Source of the DNA: Bacteroidota bacterium
Lineage (GTDB): Bacteria > Bacteroidota > Bacteroidia > UKL13-3
Direction of reading: 5' to 3'
DNA: 33,236 bases
Assembly: GCA_040385895.1 (NCBI GenBank)
Contig: JAZKGM010000105.1
Location: forward strand, 1 to 33,236
Positions 1 through 6,461 of this stretch are shown here, in pieces. The translations under genes were made by a program, and so were the position numbers. Position 1 is the stretch's first letter, and each line of letters begins with the position of its first letter. Under the pieces are notes generated by a model. It worked only from the letters and a program-made list of their open reading frames with translations. It was not told the DNA's origin and ran no database searches.

Positions 1-136
1 TGTTATCAATAGGATTATGGATTAAATAGGTTAGGTACATTGCACCTGTATATGCATCATACTCTCCTATTGTTCCTGCTGGTGTCATTCCATTAGGCAT
101 ATTCGGATATATCGTAATTAAATTTGCCACACCCAT
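1..136 (-). CDS. possible N-terminal fragment of an unidentified protein; the ORF runs off the left edge
   Basis: cat at 134-136 opens a minus-strand frame MGVANLITIYPNMPNGMTPAGTIGEYDAYTGAMYLTYLIHNPIDN with no stop before position 1. No motif recognised. Confidence 0.25.
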   Translation of the reverse strand, partial: MGVANLITIYPNMPNGMTPAGTIGEYDAYTGAMYLTYLIHNPIDN

Positions 137-1260
137 ATTCTGATCATTTAGACTCAAAAATAATATTTTAAGCCACCTTTTGTGTTAGTTGCTTATATGT
201 TATTCCCCCAAAGGCTTTTTTAAGCACTTCATCAAGCTTTGCTAACTTCGGCAACTTCTTATGATTATGGCGGAAGTCGTATTCATTAAAGTATGATTGC
301 AGGTGTTTATCACTCATGTGATGTGAAACACCGATGTACCCACGCTTAAATAATCCCCAGTACCCTTCGATAGAATTAATGTGCACGGTTCCTTTATTTT
401 TAACGTATTGACCTTTCTGATGGCTAACAAAGTCGTGGGTATATCCTTCTTGTGACAATTTTTTATATGCTCTATGGCCGTCAGAGTATATTGTTGCTCC
501 TGGCTCAATGTGCCTATCAATAAGCTTCTGCGTAATTTTCTTTCTTTCACCTTCAACAACTACAGTTTTAACCTTTCCGCCTCTTTCAATCATTCCGAAT
601 ACTGCCGTATGTGTTTCCGCTGGATCAAATCTCTTCTTCCTCTCCGTCTTTCTCTGTAGTTTCCACCTGGTGTATTCGTGCATATTTTGTGCTCTTGGTC
701 CAACAAAGGTAGCATCAACCTCAACAATGCTTTCTGGAGAAGCCATGAAAGACTTTTGCTTAAGTGCAAAACGGATTCTCCCTAACATAAACCACGCTGT
801 GCGTTGTTGTACGCCTATCTCATCTGCTAATTGAGTTGAAGCGATGCCTTTAGCCTTATTGGTAACACACCAGATAGCCTCAAACCACTTATTTAGGGGA
901 ACATGAGTTCCATGAAATATAGTTCCTACAGTTACAGTAAACTGTTTACGGCAGTGGCCGCATTTGTATAACTTAGGATTTTTAAGCTTATAGATCTTAT
1001 CAGAGGTAGCGCAATGAGGACACACAGAAGCACCGTCCCAGAGCATTATTTCCAGGTATTGGCGACAAATGAGGTCAGTATTGAACGCCTTACGGAGTTC
1101 AAATAATGAGCGGCATTGATGCAAAGATTTAATCATATGGAGTAAACTACTTTTCACCTTCAAAGCTCGGATTGCACTACGCAACCTATCTGCGATAAAG
1201 GCGGAAAAAAATTTAACATCCAATTTTCAGCGGAAACGCCCGCCAATGCTCAATGTCAAT
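137..1260 (-). mobile_element. IS1595-family insertion sequence; ends not defined
   Basis: Single transposase ORF flanked by short non-coding stretches. I could not find terminal inverted repeats by eye, so the boundaries are only the limits set by neighbouring ORFs. Confidence 0.45.
168..1136 (-). CDS. IS1595-family transposase (N-terminal Zn-ribbon plus DDE domain)
   Basis: CPHC...CGHC zinc ribbon, then VEVDATFVG, IYSDGHRAY and INSIEGYWGLFKR...FRHNH, typical of IS1595/ISXO2-like DDE transposases. The track ORF (to 1223) begins with TTG. The first ATG (cat 1134-1136, MIKSLHQCRSLFELRKAF) gives the usual ~30 aa before the Zn ribbon. Confidence 0.9.
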   Translation of the reverse strand: MIKSLHQCRSLFELRKAFNTDLICRQYLEIMLWDGASVCPHCATSDKIYKLKNPKLYKCGHCRKQFTVTVGTIFHGTHVPLNKWFEAIWCVTNKAKGIASTQLADEIGVQQRTAWFMLGRIRFALKQKSFMASPESIVEVDATFVGPRAQNMHEYTRWKLQRKTERKKRFDPAETHTAVFGMIERGGKVKTVVVEGERKKITQKLIDRHIEPGATIYSDGHRAYKKLSQEGYTHDFVSHQKGQYVKNKGTVHINSIEGYWGLFKRGYIGVSHHMSDKHLQSYFNEYDFRHNHKKLPKLAKLDEVLKKAFGGITYKQLTQKVA

Positions 1261-1698
1261 TTACAATTTTTTAAGCCACACTTGATAATTGATCCCATTT
1301 TGGCCGTTACTTATGTCTTTCATTTCACTGTTAAGTTCACCAAACCGTATAAAATTCCTTGGAACTAAACCCGATAAATCTCCTATGGGTGTTCCTTCTA
1401 AGATCAGTGAATATTGACTACCAGATGTAGTTAATTGATAGTTGCTTCTGACAGAGTTGTACATATACAAAAACGAATTAATGAAATAGAGTGTGTCGCT
1501 TCTTTCAGTAGTTTGGAAGCCATTGGACCATTTATAAAGCATCCAGGTTGTTCCAACAATGCTATCTATATCATTATTCCCAAGGGTGTCAGTTTGGACA
1601 ACTCCACCATAAGGCGGCTTATTTATTGGCTTTATTTCTTCTTTCTCGCAAGCTGAAAACCCGATAACCGCGATTGCAAGGCTTAAAATTGCTTTCAT
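1261..1698 (-). CDS. small lipoprotein, function unknown
   Basis: 145 aa. Lipoprotein signal MKAILSLAIAVIGFSAC. Its ATG lies 2 nt after the stop of the upstream frameshifted gene. Confidence 0.7.
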   Translation of the reverse strand: MKAILSLAIAVIGFSACEKEEIKPINKPPYGGVVQTDTLGNNDIDSIVGTTWMLYKWSNGFQTTERSDTLYFINSFLYMYNSVRSNYQLTTSGSQYSLILEGTPIGDLSGLVPRNFIRFGELNSEMKDISNGQNGINYQVWLKKL

Positions 1699-1700
1699 AG

Positions 1701-2173
1701 TTAGTTAATACGTTTAAAATATAATTTGTTAAAATAGGCGGTGTTTACTCCATTCAATGCCTGTCTTCTTTCTCCAGTCACAAAAGAGACTTCATTGCTT
1801 CCGATCTTGTCTATTGTTAAAACACGAGCAGATCCGTTTTCAAGCCCATATATGCGAATTGAATATCGTTCGTATGCTACTTCATAACTAATAGTTCATT
1901 GAGCTTAAAATCCTCTTCAAATTGCCAGGTTGTTTTATTCTGTGAGATAAAATCAATCGGCAGGTTTAAACCGGATAAATCCATTTGGCTATTCAATTTG
2001 GTTGGTGAAAAGTGGTTGTAATAAATCACTCCACCATTTTCCATGTTTTCAGAGTAAACTTCTCCATTAACCAGTAACCATTTTCCTTGTAATGAATATG
2101 ATTCTTGGTTTTCCTTTTTGCATGAAAATAAAAAGGAGGAGATAAATAAAAGAATGAGTGTATAACTTTTCAT
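1701..2173 (-). pseudogene. small lipoprotein gene interrupted by a frameshift
   Basis: ATG at 2171-2173 gives MKSYTLILLFISSFLFSCKK (lipobox). That frame stops at 1877-1879. A second frame is open from 1895 to the TAA at 1701-1703 (TISYEVAYERYSIRIYGLENGSARVLTIDKIGSNEVSFVTGERRQALNGVNTAYFNKLYFKRIN) and has no start codon of its own. The frame change must lie in 1880-1895. Confidence 0.6.
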
Positions 2174-2183
2174 CAGTAGAAAT

Positions 2184-3014
2184 TCAATTCGAACAGTAAT
2201 AATCACCACTACTATTTAGACATCCTGTCCTTGAATCTACATAAATCTTTATTGTTCCACCTGGAGTCGCCAATGATTCACCTGTTATCAGTCCTCTTGT
2301 TTGACTTAAGGCTATAAATGAAAGGTTAAAATATGCATCGGAATAGTTAATATTGATTGTGTTTGATATTTTAACGACAATGCTTCTGTCATTTGAATAG
2401 AACATGCGGTTAGATACGTAGTTATACAAGCTGGATTTGTCAGTAAAAACGGTTACATATCCATTACTATTTCGAAGGTTGTTTTCTTCCTGTTGTTTAA
2501 TTATGTCAAGTTGTGTATCAATACTGGTTATCTTCATATCTATTGACGCTTTAAGTGATCTGAACTCATCTACATCAACTTCATATTTTTTGCACGTTTC
2601 AATATAATTTTCAATCCTGTTTTGAATCTGATGTAATTGGTATGCGTAACTTTTAGACTGCTTTGGATCATTGGCTGTCGGTTTTTTTAGATTGTCTATC
2701 TGGCTGCGAATAGAATTTCCTTCTTCTAATAGGTTCAATTGGCTAACCCGTTTTTGAATTGATTCTAAAAGGCTCTTGTTATCATAAGTTAGTTCTTTCA
2801 TATGTGCGTTGTACCCCAAGTCTATTACATCCTTTTCCAATTGTTCTAAGCGGTTTCGCACCTGCCAGAGATTAGTTTCATTAATTGAGAGTTGGTTAAT
2901 GCTGTCGAAGCGAAGTGATAGAACTGCTTTTTGATCTTCAATTTTTGATGATTCAGAGTTGCAGGAAAGCAGGAATAGAATTGAAAAGGTCCAGAGAGAA
3001 AAAAATAATTTCAT
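2184..3014 (-). CDS. coiled-coil lipoprotein, function unknown
   Basis: Likely start is the ATG at 3012-3014 (MKLFFSLWTFSILFLLSCNSE, lipobox). About 170 aa is heptad-like Q/E/K/L-rich sequence, followed by a beta-rich C-terminal part. Stop lies 10 nt before the next gene's start. Confidence 0.7.
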   Translation of the reverse strand: MKLFFSLWTFSILFLLSCNSESSKIEDQKAVLSLRFDSINQLSINETNLWQVRNRLEQLEKDVIDLGYNAHMKELTYDNKSLLESIQKRVSQLNLLEEGNSIRSQIDNLKKPTANDPKQSKSYAYQLHQIQNRIENYIETCKKYEVDVDEFRSLKASIDMKITSIDTQLDIIKQQEENNLRNSNGYVTVFTDKSSLYNYVSNRMFYSNDRSIVVKISNTININYSDAYFNLSFIALSQTRGLITGESLATPGGTIKIYVDSRTGCLNSSGDYYCSN

Positions 3015-3051
3015 AGCGTTGTCATTTAATACCACAATTTTAAACAATGCG

Positions 3052-3063
3052 GTCATTAATGAC
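3052..3063. promoter_or_regulatory. perfect 12-bp palindrome GTCATTAATGAC in the divergent control region
   Basis: Read directly. Lies between the lipoprotein operon start (3014) and the XRE start (3116). Confidence 0.3.
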
Positions 3064-3086
3064 AACAAAAAGTTTTCTATAAAAAT

Positions 3087-3111
3087 CCACTTTTCACCTA
3101 CCTAAAAGTGG
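3087..3111. promoter_or_regulatory. inverted repeat CCACTTTT-N9-AAAAGTGG, candidate XRE operator
   Basis: Perfect 8-bp arms at 3087-3094 and 3104-3111, ending 4 nt before the XRE ATG. Confidence 0.4.
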
Positions 3112-3115
3112 GTTA

Positions 3116-3352
3116 ATGGAAGTGCCAATTCTAAAGCGTGTAGGAGAAAATATAGCAAGGATCAGAAAGGAAAAGAAGATCACTCAAATTGAACTGGGTC
3201 ACAGATGTGACTTTGACAGATCCAACATGCGTAGAATTGAAGCTGGTAGGACCAACCCGACCTTGTTAACCTTGCAAAAGATAGCTACAGCACTGGATAC
3301 AACAGTAGAAGAGATTGTAAGAATTGAGGATAAGAAGAAAAAAAATGTATAA
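3116..3352 (+). CDS. XRE/Cro-C1 family helix-turn-helix transcriptional regulator
   Basis: 78 aa. GENIARIRKEKKITQIELGHRCDFDRSNMRRIEAGRTNPTLLTLQKIATAL is a canonical HTH_3 pattern. Confidence 0.9.
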   Translation: MEVPILKRVGENIARIRKEKKITQIELGHRCDFDRSNMRRIEAGRTNPTLLTLQKIATALDTTVEEIVRIEDKKKKNV

Positions 3353-3372
3353 TACACATAAAGGATTCGAAT

Positions 3373-3669
3373 ATGTCAGCATTACAGATAGCACAAGAAA
3401 TACTTAAATATCCCAAGTACACAGTAACGTTGTCAAAGCTTGGTGGCAATGTTATTCGTTTTGGATTGGAGCCATTCGGAATACAAATTGTTATCCAAGC
3501 AGAACCCATCCCTCATGAAAAAAGGAGATGGCAAATCGAAAATAAAGAAGAGTTACATGAGGTACTGAGATTAGTTCAGCATGAGGTTATGAACGCAGAG
3601 GATTTAAACAATATAGATTTCGATGATATTCCAGAGGAATCTACTATTTATCTCGTGGTGGTGATGTAA
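3373..3669 (+). CDS. hypothetical protein (98 aa, acidic C-terminus)
   Basis: ORF starts 20 nt after the XRE stop on the same strand. No motif recognised. Confidence 0.5.
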   Translation: MSALQIAQEILKYPKYTVTLSKLGGNVIRFGLEPFGIQIVIQAEPIPHEKRRWQIENKEELHEVLRLVQHEVMNAEDLNNIDFDDIPEESTIYLVVVM

Positions 3670-3853
3670 TTAGAATATATGGTTTATTAAATACTCTTAT
3701 TATAGAATCATCCACTTCATCCAGATCTCTATCGGGTATAAACAATTTATCGGGAGCTTTAAAATGCAGTTGACTTTCTTTTTCATTAAAGATTATCTCT
3801 GAATATCCAAACTCAGTGAGTTTTTCCAATAACGTAACAATACCCTCGCTCAT
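3644..3853 (-). CDS. hypothetical protein (69 aa)
   Basis: ORF only. Its 3' end overlaps the 3' end of 3373-3669 by 26 nt. Confidence 0.4.
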   Translation of the reverse strand: MSEGIVTLLEKLTEFGYSEIIFNEKESQLHFKAPDKLFIPDRDLDEVDDSIIRVFNKPYILITSPPRDK

Positions 3854-3895
3854 AATTTCCTTTCTTTATAAATATTCCATTCCTTGTCAAAAGTC

Positions 3896-4078
3896 TTAGT
3901 TATGCCTTAAGCTTTCAACGGTGGCGTTACATTTTAATACCAGATCCTGGATTAATTCTATCTTGAGCTGTGAGCTTATCTTCTCCTTTAATACAATATT
4001 GATAGACCCTAACGTGTCTTCGTAGGTGTAATTGATATTGGAGGCAAGGCTTTTAATTTTAAGCGGACTTATCATCAT
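3896..4078 (-). CDS. hypothetical protein (60 aa)
   Basis: ORF only. In tandem with 3644-3853 and divergent from the 4149 cassette. Confidence 0.35.
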   Translation of the reverse strand: MMISPLKIKSLASNINYTYEDTLGSINIVLKEKISSQLKIELIQDLVLKCNATVESLRHN

Positions 4079-4124
4079 TGATAAATAGTCAACCGCTTTT
4101 CAATAGACTTATTGGGAGAAAAAT

Positions 4125-4132
4125 TATATTTG
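4125..4132 (+). promoter_or_regulatory. Bacteroidetes-type -7 promoter element TATATTTG (consensus TAnnTTTG)
   Basis: Exact match to the consensus, 16 nt upstream of the ATG at 4149. The same motif class sits just upstream of mutY, ftsK and the OmpA-like gene in this window. Confidence 0.4.
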
Positions 4133-4148
4133 AGCATAACATGAAACA

Positions 4149-4601
4149 ATGGATACAATAATTTGGGGAATTTCAGTAAGAGATTGGCTCGGAGTATTAA
4201 AGTTTCTATTTACTTTTCTTACGTTTATAGTTGCAGTTGTAGTGCAGCGGAAGATAAGTAGAATAAACAGACGACACCTGTTTAAAAAACTTGTACCTGG
4301 ACATATAAAAAATCTTCGCGAAATAGGAAAAAACATTAATCTATATCTTCTCCAAGGATTTAATGAAAATGGAAATTTATTGAGAAGAGAGGTTTCGAAA
4401 AGTAGGATAGAGTTAAAATACATTACCTCGAAACTAAATTATTCGAGCCGCTTCCCATTTTACTGGTGGATTTGGCGGCTTAGGCTTAATGGTCTTAAGA
4501 CAAAACAAGATGCTGATATTGCATACGATGTTATTCTTAAGTGCGAAACTGAATTAATTGCTTTACAGAAAGAGTTTAATAATAGTATTGTGTATGTTTA
4601 A
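4149..4601 (+). CDS. single-pass membrane protein, function unknown (cassette gene 1)
   Basis: 150 aa. One hydrophobic helix (WLGVLKFLFTFLTFIVAVVV) followed by a basic stretch (QRKISRINRRH) and a helical tail. Confidence 0.6.
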   Translation: MDTIIWGISVRDWLGVLKFLFTFLTFIVAVVVQRKISRINRRHLFKKLVPGHIKNLREIGKNINLYLLQGFNENGNLLRREVSKSRIELKYITSKLNYSSRFPFYWWIWRLRLNGLKTKQDADIAYDVILKCETELIALQKEFNNSIVYV

Positions 4602-4995
4602 TCAAGAAAATAAAATCCTTCAAGCCATTCAAAAATTTATAAGAGATACAAGAGATGGGACAATGACTTGGGATTCCGTTAGTAAGGTTCCATATAGTCT
4701 GTCTCCTTCGGAACAGATAAAGGAAAACTCATATGTAGCATCTTCACAGGGAAGGAAAATTCGTTTCTATAAATATTTTGCAAATGAAATAACTCCAGAT
4801 GGGGTTACAATTCTAACACCTCATTATCGATTAGAAATTCTTAGTTCTGAGACGGATAAAGTGCAGTACTCTTTTCCAGAGTATAGTGCATTGGGTGATT
4901 TACATGATTCTATCACATACAAGACATCCCGAATGGACGATTTCTTTGAAAACCTTTTAAAAGGAGAGACAAATAAGGATAACGATTTCGTGTAG
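4594..4995 (+). CDS. hypothetical soluble protein (cassette gene 2)
   Basis: The likely start ATG at 4594 lies within ATGTTTAA, so it overlaps the upstream stop (4599-4601) by 8 nt. The track ORF from 4558 is a longer alternative. 133 aa, no motif recognised. Confidence 0.55.
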   Translation: MFNQENKILQAIQKFIRDTRDGTMTWDSVSKVPYSLSPSEQIKENSYVASSQGRKIRFYKYFANEITPDGVTILTPHYRLEILSSETDKVQYSFPEYSALGDLHDSITYKTSRMDDFFENLLKGETNKDNDFV

Positions 4996-5022
4996 ATTTA
5001 TGAGCTATTTGTTTAACGTATA

Positions 5023-5778
5023 ATGGCAATAACTGATAAAACCAGGAAAATGCTTTGGGCTAAATCGGGAAACCGATGCTTTTTATGCAAGGTAGAATTG
5101 GTGCAGCAACCGGATCAATTGACTAAAAACGTAATTATTGGAGAAGAATGTCATATTGTTTCTCAAAAAAAAGATGGTCCGAGGGGATCATATTCTTATA
5201 CTGGCGATTTTGATAGTTACGATAACCTGGTTTTGCTATGTGCTAATCATCATAAAATTGTTGATGACCAAACAGAGGTTTATACAGTTGAATTTTTATT
5301 GCTTGGAAAGGGCCTGCATGAGAATTGGGTTAAGACTACACTCGAAAGGGACGTTTCGGCCTTTAATAACGATGAGTATAACATCAAAAGTTTAGCTAAA
5401 ATTAAAAATGGAAAAGCACTCGTAGATATAATAACTGGTAATCATGCGCATCAATTCGATCATGATGAATTAAAAACTAAAGAAGAAGCCGAAAAGATAG
5501 GTGGATTGTTTGATTTATTGAGAGATTGGGGCGATGTAATGTCAGATGTTAGTATGAGTGAAAGAACACAGTTGAGTGTTGATTTGAATGACGAGCTTGA
5601 TACACTAAAACAATTGGAATTTGTACTATTTGGTCTTCAAAGGAAAATGCGCATAAATGATGCGACCAAATCTCTTATAACAATCACTTATTTGGTTGCT
5701 GCAAGGCAAGACAATCCATCAATTGTAGGAGATTTTCTAATCATGAGATTCCCCAAACAGGTAAATTTTACGTTTTAA
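5023..5778 (+). CDS. HNH (His-Me finger) endonuclease with an uncharacterised ~150-aa C-terminal domain (cassette gene 3)
   Basis: CFLC ... EECHIVSQKKDGPRG ... YDNLVLLCANHHKIVDD gives the HNH catalytic H/N/H plus Cys/His zinc ligands in the first ~90 aa. The remainder is not recognisable. Confidence 0.85.
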   Translation: MAITDKTRKMLWAKSGNRCFLCKVELVQQPDQLTKNVIIGEECHIVSQKKDGPRGSYSYTGDFDSYDNLVLLCANHHKIVDDQTEVYTVEFLLLGKGLHENWVKTTLERDVSAFNNDEYNIKSLAKIKNGKALVDIITGNHAHQFDHDELKTKEEAEKIGGLFDLLRDWGDVMSDVSMSERTQLSVDLNDELDTLKQLEFVLFGLQRKMRINDATKSLITITYLVAARQDNPSIVGDFLIMRFPKQVNFTF

Positions 5779-5779
5779 C

Positions 5780-6066
5780 ATGGAACTTAAAGACTTTATA
5801 AACGTACTCTTCTCGATATTGTTAACGGAGTCGAAGAGGCAAATATAGAAAAAGACCGTTTTAGGCTCTCCAGTCAAAAACATCATGGAACTGGTGAAAA
5901 TGGACAAAAGGTAGAATTTGATGTATCGGTAATTAATGAAGCTTCTGAACATGACCTTAAAGGTGGGAAAAAGGTAGCTTTGGTAAATTTGGGAGCCGGA
6001 TCTAAAGCCACGAAATCCAACCAAAATGTACATAAAATCAAATTCGAGGTCTTTGTAAAAGAGTGA
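5780..6066 (+). pseudogene. trypco2-like small protein, readable only across a frame change (cassette gene 4)
   Basis: ATG at 5780, 1 nt after the HNH stop, gives MELKDFINVLFS... and stops at 5846-5848. The -1 frame is open over 5791-6066 with no start codon: DIVNGVEEANIEKDRFRLSSQKHHGTGENGQKVEFDVSVINEASEHDLKGGKKVALVNLGAGSKATKSNQNVHKIKFEVFVKE. From memory, the F-x-h...VEhxV...GGxKh...G...HxIKh pattern resembles trypco2 family proteins. Confidence 0.5.
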
Positions 6067-6387
6067 TTTTGAGGACTAACGCGGGAACGTACCTATTAAC
6101 CCCGGGAATTATAATGTATAGATTGTAAGTATTTTACAACTAAGAAAGTGCTTAAAAAAATTACATTATCTCAAAACACGTGTTTTTTTGGTATTTTAAA
6201 ATACATAGTGTCCAGATTTGTGAAACAAGTGTAGTAAAAATTGTTCAGGTTAATATTTCTGCAGTCCTTTGAATTGTCAAATTCAGCCTGATCCTGCTTT
6301 CTTCCAAGGCTTTTTCCCAAGATTGCCATCTTTGGCATCGTTTTTATAATAGAGTGGGTACAATACTTTTTTTCATTGATAAAATCT

Positions 6388-6428
6388 AAAAAAGCCTGTT
6401 GAGGATAGCTACCACAACAGGCTTTTTT
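6388..6428. terminator. bidirectional rho-independent terminator
   Basis: AAAAAAGCCTGTTG (6388-6401) pairs perfectly with CAACAGGCTTTTTT (6415-6428) around a 13-nt loop. A-tract and T-tract flanks serve both strands. Lies between the plus-strand island genes and the minus-strand OmpA-like gene. Confidence 0.8.
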
Positions 6429-6461
6429 AATGCGTCCGGTTTTCACCGTTTAGCTGTTTAT

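Noticed and set aside
1137-1223. TTG-initiated 29-codon N-terminal extension of the transposase ORF given by the track
   Set aside because: The extension (MDVKFFSAFIADRLRSAIRALKVKSSLLH) has no counterpart in the usual IS1595 N-terminus. The ATG at 1136 gives the expected spacing to the Zn ribbon.
6173-6186. Perfect palindrome AAAACACGTGTTTT followed by TTT
   Set aside because: It could not form a hairpin with a viable loop, and a short A/T-rich palindrome is expected by chance in AT-rich DNA. There is no supporting context.
6171-6446. 91-aa minus-strand ORF in the island/backbone junction
   Set aside because: It begins within the 6388-6428 terminator hairpin, has no upstream signals and an implausible composition. 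The region is better explained as non-coding.
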